Source: Antedon mediterranea
Taxonomy: Eukaryota > Animalia > Echinodermata
DNA: 64,000 nucleotides
NCBI RefSeq assembly: GCF_964355755.1
Contig: NC_092670.1
Coordinates: 31,236,388 to 31,300,387, forward strand
Reading direction: 5' to 3'
Made by a program: the position numbers and the translations under genes. Position 1 is the stretch's first letter. Each line of letters starts with the position of its first letter. Below, in pieces: positions 13,734-26,300 of this stretch. The notes below the pieces were generated by a model, which saw only the letters and a program-made list of their open reading frames with translations, ran no database searches and was not told the DNA's origin.

Positions 13734-13816
13734 CTATTAAGAAAAAAAAACAAAACAAAACAAAAACAATTATAAATCAAAAGTAAAACATGCACACTAC
13801 AATTTGTGTTGTGGTA

Positions 13817-13854
<38 letters not shown>

Positions 13855-13865
13855 AAAATACGTAC
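13734..13865 (-). other. 132-bp spliceosomal intron containing a (CAT)n microsatellite
   Basis: Donor AG|gtacgt and a polypyrimidine tract ending ttaatag|G. Removal keeps the frame (DSR-HLY) and deletes the poly-His/Phe-rich stretch of the ORF. Confidence 0.85.
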
Positions 13866-14896
13866 CTCGAGTCTATGGTCACTTCGTTCTGATTCTGGTT
13901 GGTTACATACAGTTTTGCGATTGCCGAAATTTTGTCTTCGTCCAATTGCGCTGCATCATCGCGCATGGCGTGAACAAACAATTTTGTATTACCAATGTTC
14001 GTATCACTTTCAAGTGCAGGAAAGTGTCTTTTCAAAAAATAATTCGCCTCGTACATGTGAGGTTCCAATATCCACGCTTTCATATGTTGGAAGCTTACAC
14101 AACGACTATCGCCTTCGTTCATTATAACTCTCGGATCAATCTGTTGCAAAGACAGTTTAAGAGTCGGAGATAGATTCAATTCTTTGTCGGCAATTGTCCT
14201 CAACTGATCGAGAGTTAGCGCATTACTCGATTCATTTGCAATCAAACGTGTCAGCTCACGTCGATGAGTTGCACGTCTAGATGACGAAAAAAGAGTCTTT
14301 GGTGTAAACAGATCTGCGCGCTTTTGCCACGCCTCTGCTGTATCTTGTTCTCTAACAGTCGGGGGAAATCGATTGCCTTCGATTTTCGGTATGTCTAAAC
14401 AGAAATATTTTTCAATGCTTCTTTCAAAATCCCCGAGCACTGTCACGTGTGGAACATAGCTATTTATCTTGGTTCGTTTCATTTGCGACGTTCCACGACC
14501 CAATCGGGAATCGAAATGTTTAAATGCATATTTTATTGTCGCCGTTGCTAAATCGTCTCGTTTACGTTTTGTCTTTTTACGTTTCGGTTCATTATCATCA
14601 TCATCGTCATCATCGTCATCATCATCATCATCATCATCAAGATCGTTGTCGGAAAATATTTCGCATCGGACGTCTGTCAAGAATATTGTGTCCCATGCTG
14701 GCAGGTATCCGTTGTTTATCAACAGTATGGACTTGACAACGTACTGTAACATTTTGTGCAAACGTCGTGGGAAGATCAACCAGAACACGTAACCGCACGA
14801 CACCTTACCCCGAACCGTTTCATCCACGATGCGACTAGGTTCAATAAGAGAGCACACCAGTGCGTGCTGTTCATCGTTGCAGTGCAACATACATAC

Positions 14897-17800
14897 ATAG
14901 CAGATTTGAAAGTAGAAAATAGAATAGAATCTGATCATATGCCAATTACGTTTCAATTAGGCCTACTAACTAAAGATAATATAAAATAAAAAAATTAAAT
15001 ATTGAAAATTGTCCTAAACAAACTAAATTCAATTGGTCAGAAACATATACTGAAACATTTAAATTAAGATTACAGCATAATAAAATCGATGAACTTAAAA
15101 ATGAAATAACTAACTTGATTAATGATAACCTAATTGATGAAGCTGTTTCAACTGTAGGTAGATTGTATGAATATGCATGTAAAGGAATTATCCATAGGAA
15201 ATCCAACAATAAAACAACTAAAGCTAAAGACACATGGTATGACAATCAATGTCTTGCACTTAAAAACAAAGTTCGAAGAAGTTTAAATAGATTCCGACAC
15301 AATCGTACACAAACATTGCTTAATGCATACCTGGAAATAAAAAAAAAATATAAAACATTAATAAAAAATAAGAAATACAGCTATATTAAAAGATCACGTA
15401 CAGAATTGATTAGATCATTAGGAGAAAAAAACTCCAAATCATTCTGGATTAAACTAAAACAAACAAAACCAAATTTTCCAAGTAACATATGTATTAATAC
15501 ATGGCGTACTCACTTCGAATCCTTATTTCATAATAATGAAAATAGAGATAATCAAAATGTAGAAAGTATCATTAATGCTGTAAATGAAAACGAACCTAAC
15601 CTAAATAATGACATTACAGTAGATGAGGTAATTCAAGCCTTATTGTCCCAATATTTAAAAAAGGTGACAAAGAACAACCAGAGAATTATAGAGGAATATC
15701 ACTTATTCCTGTTTTTGCTAAAATTTTCTAACATATTATTAATAAAAGATTACAATTTTGGGCAGAAGATAATAACATTCTACATCAGGAACAAGCCGGT
15801 TTTAGAAAGGGGTTCAGAACATCGGATAATGTATTTATTCTTAACACAATCATTAATAAATACCTAGGAAAAAAACGTGGGAAAGTATATGTTGCTTTCA
15901 TTGATTTTAAACGAGCCTTTGACTCCGTAGGACATCAATATCTTCACATAAAACTAAAAAATTCAGGAGTAAAAGGAAAAATGTTAAACGTTATTAATTC
16001 AATGTACAATAAGTTATCAGCACATGTTAAGGTCGACGGCAATATTAGTAACTCTTTCAAATGTCTAATAGGTATACAACAGGGTTCGCCACTCTCGTCC
16101 TTTTTATTTAATGTTTTTATTAATGATTTGAGTGAAACATTAAATGAGGAAGGCGACGAGCATAGAATCCAAATAGGAAATCTAAAAATTTATCATTTAC
16201 TCTATGCAGATGACCTTATGTTATTTGGTGATACCGTTTATGGTCTACAATATTATCTATATATAAATTTACGTAAGGGCAAAATTCGGTAAATTGCGCC
16301 TTACTTCTAGAATTTGTACTCGATGGTATATAAAGTTGGTTCGTACTTTCGGTACTGATTTTAACCACCTGATGTAACCCTGTTTACTAATTAAATTAAG
16401 TTAGATAATTAGTTATTGACGATTAAAACGAATTTAGGTTTAACGATTTGCCCCAAATAGGGGTGTTTTCCGATCGTGGTATACACTGTCTAATGGATGT
16501 CCATCTTGAAAAATACCCGCCACACTTTCGGTACTAATTTTAACCACCTGATGTAACCCTGTTTACTAATTAAATTGAGTTCGATAATTAGTTATTGACG
16601 ATTAGAACGAATTTAGGTTCAACGATTTGCCCCAAATAGGGGTGTTTTCCGATCGTGGTATACACTGTCTAATGGATGTCAATTTGAAAAATACCCGCAC
16701 ACAATAATACGAGGACACTTCGCATTTTCCTATCTCCTCCTACGATAATTGTTTTTAATAGCTGAAAACCGGTTGAACAGTTCGAGTACTGCATCATAAT
16801 GTTGAAGACAGGCCGATTTTCTTTAAAAAATGCTATTTTGATACATGTAATATACGTTTTTACAAATGTATTGATTTGTGATGAATGGAACATTCCAAAT
16901 TATGTGGTTTAACCATAGAGGTATAGATTTAGATTTATGGGCCCCCTTAGAGAATAAACATAAATAGTATTGCAATGCACTTTTGATCGCAATTTGAATC
17001 GCAAATTTCTTACTGTGTATAAACAAATATACAAATAAACTTTATTACTGTGAGTGTGGGTAGGCCCTACTGTTAGATTATAAACATATAATATACAAAT
17101 AAATAAACGTTATTACTGACAGTTGCTTCTCAACGTTTGTATTAATTAATAATTTAAAAATATATAAACGTATCGTTACATGTACTTTACTATTTCAATC
17201 GACTATGACAGTGAGAGTTTTAACAAAGTATTAAATCGTAAATGTTTTACTGTATTTGTGGTATATTATTTATAGGCCTATAAAACATTAAAAACAATAT
17301 TTCGTTACTGAGTGGATAAGAATATATTTTAAAATGTTTCCTCTTTGTACCTATCTTCTTCCCCCATCCCTCAACCCTTAATGTTACATACAAAACACAA
17401 ATTGGGTTTGTTTAAATGAGTCCAAATAAAAAAATTTGACTCATTTTGTTTCTCTCTCGGAAGTAATTCCCAGGGTGCTAATTTTAGCTGACTACATAAA
17501 TCATCGTGTATATTTATTCGTTTCTGTAAAACGACAATGTATTATAGTCCTGCAGTACGTACATTTGAAATCTCCATTTTTTTCTCGCTGGAAAATACTG
17601 TGTATTCGAGAACCATCTGTGGGCACGACCTAGATGGTACGCGAGCGAAGTAGTTATCTACCTATTGTACAAGATGGGATGTAACTGTCAATGTTAACAA
17701 GAGTAATATTATGGTGTTTAAGAATGGTGGTAATCTTAACAAATTTGAAAAATTGAATTACAATGGAAATACAGTTAACATTGTCAAATCCTTTAAATAT

Positions 17801-18865
17801 TTAGGAGTTGTTATCAACTCAAATGGTAATTGGAATAAAGCCAAAGAATACAATTGTCAACAAGCTAATAAGGCTTTGTTCACATTTAAAGGATTGACCC
17901 ATAGGCGTTTTGGTAACCTCCAAGTTAATATATGGAACCATATATTTGATGTTAAGATTATGCCAATCTTACTTTATGGTAGCGAAATATGGGGTTTAAA
18001 TGATATATCAGTATTAGAGAAAGTTCATCTAAGATTCTGTAAATACATTCTAGGAATAGGTAATTCTGCACCAAGTGTGGCAGTGAGAGGAGAATGTGGA
18101 AGATTCACTATCCAAATTCAAATTATCATTAATATAATTCGTTATTGGCTAAGAGTAATCCAAATGGATAATGACAAATTTATTAAACAATGTTATGATT
18201 TTCAATATAGAAAAGCTCAAAGAAATGAGCAATGTTGGGCCAATGACGTAAAACAAATACTATGCATAAATGGATTTGGTAACATATGGTACTCACAACA
18301 GGTTAATAATATATATACTTTTATTTCAAATTTTAAACAAAGGCTTACAGACATTGAACGACAGAAATTCTACGAAGATACTAGGCTACACTCTAAGCTC
18401 CAATATTACAAGCACATTAAATATAAGTTTGGAATTGAAGAATATCTAACAAAAGTAACAAATTACAAACATAGACAAATTATGACTAAGATACGACTAG
18501 GAATTTTAGAATTAGAAATTGAAAAAGGAAGATGGAATTGTATAAATAGAAATGAAAGATTATGCAAATTATGTGCTTTACAATCAATTGAAGATGAATA
18601 TCATTTCACTTTAGTTTGTCCATTTTATTCAGATATTAGAACTAAATATATGTTTTCCTTTTATACAAACAAACCAACTAAATTAAAATATATTTATCTT
18701 ATGTCTGCCACAAATACTGATCTGATTGTTAAACTTGGAAAATATTAATTTTTTTCATTTAAACGTAGAACAGAATTTTTAAACGCACTCAACTGATATT
18801 TATTTAATATTGTATTACATTGTATATTATTTGGGCCAAAGGCCATATATAATAAATGTTTCTTG
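14897..18865 (+). mobile_element. 5'-truncated non-LTR retrotransposon (RTE-X-like) inserted in the helicase gene
   Basis: Endonuclease end SDHMPI. RT motifs NYRGISL, FIDFKRAFDSV, QGSPLS and YADD. C-terminal RLCKLC...EDEYHF...CP. AATAAA tail at ~18851. Frameshifted. Confidence 0.9.
16256..17653 (+). mobile_element. Non-autonomous Helitron nested in the LINE
   Basis: Inserted at A|T with 5' TCTATATATAAA, a 3' hairpin accatct...agatggt and a terminal GTAG. RT coding resumes after it. Internal ~180-bp duplication. Confidence 0.75.
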
Positions 18866-19439
18866 GATCTCCAAGAAAGAATGAATGTAACGCTTTTCTC
18901 AACAACACCATCATCATTATGTACGTATGCGGGGAGCAATTGCGCAGCGAGTTTGTCGGTATTTCAAACGATTTCAACTCGACGCACATGATGTGCATGG
19001 GTTCACCAAACACAATATCGTCCGTAATTCGACTGCCCGGCCATAATTCACATGGCAGTAGATCATCGGCTGTACTCTCAGAATTACTCATTTTCAACAA
19101 CCGCGCGACTTTAACTAAACATTAAAAATACACAATCTCGCCTCTTATATATTCACAATCACATACGTTGATATTTTCCAAGGTGGACATCGATTAGACA
19201 GTGTACAACTTACCAGGAGATAATACTCATGCCTATTAATTATGCATAAACTTTTGAAGGTCATCGTCTTTTCAATTCGTAAGGAAGTCTTTTATTTAGA
19301 AACGTTCAATGCCAACAATTCAATTGTATACACACATAATTTACTTTGCTAGCAGTGAAGCAGTATATATAGCCTACACACACTTCAGTGAAGCAGTATC
19401 CTACACACACTTCAGTGAAGCAGTATATACTAACTAATA

Positions 19440-21299
19440 ATGTCTCAGCAAACAGCTAAGTGTGAAGTGCAAGAACATACATTGTGGACGACTCCGTGGT
19501 GGACTGACGATGTTGAAGGTAATTCATAAATGTGTATTGTTTGATTTAGCAACGTAATATTATTTCTATAGTGTCACTAGTTTTGTTGTTTTTGTTTTAT
19601 CAAGAAGAAATAATGTTACCATAGTTTTACAAGGGCATGATTCGATATTATCAAGAATATTGTAATATATCTTTTCATTTCATTTCATTTATTTCACTTT
19701 ACAAATATATAAATATAAAGTGGAGGAGCTTGTTGTGAATAGGCTCCTCAAAACAAAACAAATAAAATATAAATAATATTATAACACAATTAGAAACTCA
19801 AAAAAAAAAGACAACAATTAAACTAATATCTTTTCTCTAACACATAAGTTTAACATGTTTAAAACTAAAAAAACAAGTAAAAAATAGATTATATAAATTA
19901 TTTAAGAAATATCAAATATATCAATAATAAAAGAATTTACAAAGAACCTTCAATCAATAATAGTTTAAATTGACGTTTAAATAAAGCACAGTTATGAGAT
20001 TTTTTTAAGAGATAAAGGAAGAGAATTCCAGAGTTTAGGTCCAGTGTATACAAGGGTATTCATTTTAAGACTAGTTCGAGTAAATGGCAGGTGATACTAA
20101 TCTTTTTGTTATGTTTGGTGAGTGTGGTATTGTTTATTTTTAATGAATTTACTGGATATTATAGGTGTCCGGCGGTTAATTGAAACATGATGACACCAAC
20201 ATTAAATCTATAGAGATCCTCAATTTTTAATATTTTATTTTTTTGAAAGAGATCTTGGGTGTGAGCACGAAAAGTTACCCCTGAGATAATTCTGACAGCT
20301 CGTTTCTGGATTAATAAAATTTTAGTAATAATTGATTTTGAAGCATTAACCCAAGCAAGAACACCATAATTTAAGTACGATAAAATAAGAGTAGAATATA
20401 AAATATTTAATACTTTTTGAGGAAATATTGATTTCAATTTATACATCATGCCAACATTTTTTTGATAATAATTTGCAAAGGTAATTAACATGGGCTTTCC
20501 AGTCAAGTCTGTCGTCAATAAATATACCAAGAAATTTTGTGTTGGTTATTTGATTAATAGGAGGAACATTGTTGAAAATAATATCTTTTGGTAACATACT
20601 ATATTTGTTACTAAACAACATAAAATAGTTTTTTAGCATATTTAGTGATAGCTTGTTTGCATGTATCCAAGTAGTAACCTTTTTTACCGTGTTATGCAGC
20701 GCATAATGACAATGATTGTGGTTTGTCAACTTTTTTTTTTTTTTTTAATTTGGTTTTAGTACAACGAACATCAGTTCAGAATGTTCCACAATGGAAAGAT
20801 AATGTTAAAGGTAAATACAATACTAACATTATATATCTATATCATAAGTGAGAGAGTTTGTACGTCTGTCTGTTTGTTTGTCTCTCACTTATAATATAGA
20901 TATTTAGATAGATATGATTCATACTGAAAAACTTGATGCTCATTTGGATAAATAAATATTCAAAGAGGGCACGAGTCAGATGTGTACCCTGAACATATCC
21001 AGTATTAAGTCCTTCTCCGAGAAGCCTTGTATATGTTTTAATTGGTTGCAAACTAGCACCAGCACCACGTATTATTAGTTGTATAATAAAACCAGTTTTT
21101 CTTCTTTTTTTTTTATAATTTCAGTAACAAGAATACCAATACTGCAGTAAGTATTTTTTATTCTCTTGACATTACATTTTTGTTTATTTATTCGATTCAT
21201 ATATATATCTATATATAATTTATTCATATAGTACATTCGTAAGAGTTCCCTCGGAAGAGCACCCGTTCAACCCGAAAGGAGAGGAAACCGTGGACAAAG
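19440..21299 (+). CDS. Orphan small-exon gene (partial), head-to-head with the helicase
   Basis: Exons 19440-19518, 20760-20810, 21125-21146 and 21232-21299 all have GT-AG borders and compatible phases (1,1,2,1), giving an open frame MSQQTAKCEVQEHTLWTTPWWTDDVE-VQRTSVQNVPQWKDNVK-VTRIPILH-TFVRVPSEEHPFNPKGEETVDK. The 3' end was not found. Confidence 0.6.
19672..20730 (-). mobile_element. 3' fragment of an L2/CR1-group LINE
   Basis: WIHANKLSLN, TKFLGIFIDDRLDW, YLNYGVLAW, IQKRAVRII, plus a (TGAAA)n tail. Confidence 0.85.
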
Positions 21300-21347
21300 G
21301 TAAATTAAAGTAAATGCATTGTTGGCGAACGATACTATTTAACGACA

Positions 21348-22090
21348 GATTATTACAAAGTGCTACAGATTATTACAAAGTGTGACAGCAGTATTACAAA
21401 GTGCGACAGCAGTATTACAAAGTGCTGCAACAGATTATTAAAAAGTGCTACAGATTATTACAAAGTGCGACAGCAGTTATTACAATGTGCGACAGCAGTA
21501 TTACAAAGTGCGACAGCAGTATTACAAAGTGCGACAGCAGTATTACAAAGTGTGACAGCAGTATTACAAAGTGTGACAGCAGTTATTACAAAGTGCGACA
21601 GCAGTATTACAAAGTACGACAGCAGTATTACAAAGTGCGACAGCAGTATTACAAAGTGCGACAGCAGTTATTACAATGTGCGACAGCAGTATTACAAAGT
21701 GCGACAGTAGTTAGTATTACAAAGTGCGACAGCAGTATTACAAAGTAAGACAGCAGTATTACAAAGTGTGACAGCAGTATTACAAAGTGCGACAGCAGTA
21801 TTACAAAGTACAACAGCAGTATTACAAAGTGCGACAGCAGTTATTACAAAGTACGACAACAGTTATTACAAAGTACGACAACAGTTTTTACAAAGTGCGA
21901 CAACAGTTATTACAAAGTGCGACAGCAGTATTACAAAGTGCGACAGCAGTATTACAAAGTGCGACAGCAGTATTACAAAGTACGACAGCAGTTATTACGA
22001 AGTGCAACAACAGTTATTACAAAGTGCAACAACAGTTATTACAAAGTACGAGACAGCAGTATTACAAAGTACGACAACAGTTATTAGTTC
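21348..22090 (+). repeat. 21/24-bp minisatellite (attacaaagtgcgacagcagt)
   Basis: Dozens of tandem units are directly visible. Confidence 0.95.
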
Positions 22091-23343
22091 GACAGTACAT
22101 AAGTACAAGACAACATTATTTAACATCGATTTAAACAATAATAAATAAAACTAGGTCTGAACAATGTCTGTTTATTGCACAGTCAAGGTATAAAACAGTA
22201 TTGGTGTTGAAATGTAACACACGGTTACGAAATACATTGTGGCTCAGTAGTTAATAACTACATTTCTTAAAAGGTTTTATGTTATTGCAGCTTATTTTCG
22301 TATTACATGCCAAATATTATCTTGGAAACAGAATTGACGTCTGCAAAAAGTGTTTTTTAATTATAGAGGGAGGGGTCTATAATTGAAACAACTTATATTA
22401 CGATGTAGACTACGGTAAAGCATGGAGAAATAATTTCTCCATGGGTTAAGGAATAGTCAAACTCGTAGGCCTATCCTCTGTGGATGAACTAACTTAACAA
22501 GCAATAATTAAGATTCATACGATCTTAGAATTAATACGAGCAACTTCATTATACAGTATTGTTGTTTCTAAAAATTAAGATTCCGTATAATCCTATATAT
22601 TTATATAACTCTGTAACTAGCTACGTTTATTTAAACCATGGCCCTGTTGCTAGGAATGTACACACACTTGATTTTGATGAGTTAAAAAAAGACCTACTGA
22701 AAATATTTTGTATACATTTTTGTTTTGTTAACTTCTTCCACGATCGTACAATTGGGAGTACAGGAAATTCGGAATGGAATGTTTTATTAGTTAAGGTCTT
22801 GCCTTAACAGTGTGTACTAATGTCGACTGAGCATTCGTTCTGAAATACAAAAACCCCAACAGTTATATTAACCTAAACACAAACAGGCCAAATTACTGGA
22901 ATTATCGATACAACCACTGAACCAACTTATCTTGGGACATTAAAATTATTAATATGGTTTGGATAAAACTATTCTAAAATATTCGATTTGGATGAATTGG
23001 GTGGGAGACGGAATGTAGCAGAAATCTATTATCAGCCTCAAAATACAGTGATATTTGAAATATTTGGACGCATTTGGTGCTGTTGATTTGCAATTACATA
23101 AGACCTACACGTGATATTTTCATCCGTCGAAACTGAGTTAATGAAGCGCATCTCAATGTGCCTGTAACTTCTTCATAGGTCTTTGGTCGTCTCAAATCGA
23201 AAGCTACCACATGTATCTAAAATTATTTTCTAATCTTCCATTAAAAGCTAGGCCTACATGACAACTGCTTATACATATTCGAAATGGTGTTTAAATGGAA
23301 ACACACAATACAGTAAGCTGTTTGAATCGCACTGAAAACGATT

Positions 23344-26300
23344 TCATGCCTCAATCCACATACGTTTACTTCCACATTCGCAACAGAATTTAGCGTTTGA
23401 AACAGGATAACGTGTACCACATTCGTGACAGAATCTTGACGCTCGCTTTGCACTTCCAGAACTGTTCCTAGATGATGGGGTTGAAGTTCGCGATGAGTTT
23501 GATCTAAAATAAAACATTAAAGACTGTCAATAGAATAAATCAAAATATAAAATATTAAAGTGACTTATTAAAGATGTTATATGTCATTCCTTTAATCTCG
23601 ACTACTTAATTACATTACAATTACAGTAGAACGTATTAAGGGGACACTTTCAGAGCCTACCAAAAGCATCATTTGTTTGTACTGCAATATAAAATAAGCC
23701 TAATATATTGCTCCGCGTTCGTTTTACAATAACCTCTCCCTAATAGTGGTATCAGAACAGAGGTTTTACAATACTTGTATTAAAATCAATTCTACAAAAT
23801 AATTGATAATCTCTAACAGTAACAATTATCATTCTGTTTTGTGTTTTCAATAATTTCAATAACAAAAAACAGAAATTATAATTGTTATTTTTGCTGTTAC
23901 TGTTACAGATTATCAATTATTTTGCTTAAAAGCGCTTAGAAAATATAATTCTTATAGCCTTAACATTTTTTAAATCTGTACCCATCCCAAACTCATATGT
24001 AATTTATACTGGATTTGCATTATTAAATATATTACATATTTTATACAAAATGTATAAAATTATATTATACAGATACTGTATAATGTATTGTAATTAAATT
24101 GCTAATAAGAAATTATAAACGTTTTCATCCTAGAACTATAGATAAGCATTTACGTGCTGTGTTTGATGACAATATTTTTTAAACCAATCAAATGACATCA
24201 TGATCAATAAGAACAATAAAATCATCAGGATTATGACATCATCAGATACGACTCAAAAATGTCATAAATAGTTTATATATAATAATAATAATATAATAAT
24301 AATAGTTTGTGTTTTGTAGGAAAACTGCGTACTGAATTTATTCACTTATGGTCAATCGTTATAGTACTAAAATAAATAAGCCTTAACTCGTTTGTCATCT
24401 AAGATTTTTTTTTTTGGCAATGCATGACGCATCATAAAATACAATGGAAGCATTGTTAGTATGAGGATGACATTTATAAAAATAGTGCAGTCAGTAATTG
24501 ATTAAATTTCAAAAAAACTAATAAAATAATTGTTGTAAAAAATTATTTAACTTAACATAACATAAATACAGTATGCATGTTATTTACTCACAACAATTAA
24601 ACATTTCAATATTAATTAGTTATTTTGGAAATATAGTTGAATATTATAATTATTATAGTATGCCTTTATCTTGCATGTATGGTTATTTTTTTTTATTCTG
24701 TATTTACAAACATAATTGACTGGTTAGTTATACAAAATGTTAATGAAGTCAAATGAAGAGAAAAAAATTGTTAGTAATGTTTAAAGACAAACGGGAGCTG
24801 TAAGTGAGCATAGTCAAGAGAAAGTTACTTTCTATTAATAAGGTATTTTCTATTGACTATGATGTGACCATTGAGATTGATAAAAGGCCTATAGATACAG
24901 AGTAAAATAAAAATAATTGTTGGAGGATGCACACGTCAAATACTGTACACGCTCAAATAATCGCCACCAACCCTAGACCGGCCCTTTCAGATTGGAAGGG
25001 CCAATCAAACAAGTGTTTAAAATACAATAAATATATTAGCCAAAGTTCAGCAATTCATTTTAGAATTGTTAGGCCCTGAGCTTGACTATTTCAACATCAT
25101 AGATCCACAAAAGCGGGGCATATCTGTAGAGTTTACAGAGGGATAGATATTTGAATTGGTAAGTTCAAGTTATCATACAAAATATAATGTAGGGTTACTT
25201 TGAGTAAACATCAGTTCAAAATATCAAGTTCAGGGGGAACTCATAGCAACCAATGAACTGTGAAGATAATTTCCTCATCTTAAGCTCTGTCGACACTATC
25301 AAACTACTGTAGTATGACAACAAAAATGTAATGTGCCCAATGGTAGTGATATATCTAATATGGTAGTGATATATCTAATATGGTAGTGATATATCTAATA
25401 TGGTAGTGATATATCTAAAATGGTAGTGATATATCTAATATGGTAGTGATATATCTAATATGGTAGTGATATATCTAATATGGTAGTGATATATCTAATA
25501 TGGTAGTGATATATCTAATATGGTAGTGATATATCTAATATGGTAGTGATATATCTAATATGGTAGTGATATATCTAATATGGTAGTGATATATCTAATA
25601 TGGTAGTGATATATCTAATATGGTAGTGATATATCTAATATGGTAGTGATATGAAATTCATGTTCATATATGGGCACATCACATTTTTTGTTAAATAGAG
25701 CTTAACAGATGACTATAATCAAAATGGCGTTTATTCAAGCGAGTACAGTACACATAATTAACATACCCAGCTTCTTTGGATATTGATGGTAGAGCTGAGG
25801 CTTTTGAAAATGGGTTACTGCTACTGCTACGGTGGACAAAATCAATTTTATAATACCACATACAGTATGCATTGTTTCTTCAACATGTTAAGGCAGAAAT
25901 CATGAATATTATGCATGAACATATTTTTTTTTATTTATTATGCTTTTTTTGTATGATAATGGTATCAAATAAATCAAATCTTAATTTATGATTTGTGCCT
26001 TAACATATTGGAAATAAAAATAATGCATACAGTATAACAAACTATATGGCGTTGCCAATAAGGAAACTATACATTGAAACTATTTCTTTTAAAAATAAAC
26101 AAATAAGTAAAGTCTAAAAATTAAAAACATTGTCTGTGTATCCATTATTAACATGTTTGTGTTTATTAATGGACACCCTTGAAACACACAAGTAGTGTCA
26201 TTGCCCAAATATATTTTTCAAAAAGTAACAATTTTGAAACCAAAATGATAGCAAGCTTAAAATATACATAATAATTAATATATACATATGCATAAATCCC

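Larger units (their letters stand above)
10728..19091 (-). pseudogene. Disrupted ~1,420-aa P-loop AAA+/SF3-type helicase gene of probable large-DNA-virus origin
   Basis: Segments are 19091-18861, 14896-13866 and 13733-10728. Motifs: Walker A GPPGTGKT, Walker B-like IRFMNE, sensor-like IMAMN. In-frame stops at 13148-13150 and 11208-11210, a 1-nt frameshift near 12240, poly-D plus an NLS-like PKRKKTKRKR. Upstream TATA at ~19150 and downstream AATAAA at ~10595. Confidence 0.75.

Noticed and set aside
13790-14792. Plus-strand ORFs with poly-M/D/S/H
   Set aside because: They are antisense shadows of the helicase gene and of (GAT)n tracts.
21348-22148. CRISPR-like array or repeat-protein ORFs
   Set aside because: The units are contiguous without unique spacers. 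The ORFs are by-products of 21/24-bp periodicity.
25341-25650. CRISPR-like 20-bp repeats
   Set aside because: No spacers; it is a minisatellite inside a MITE.
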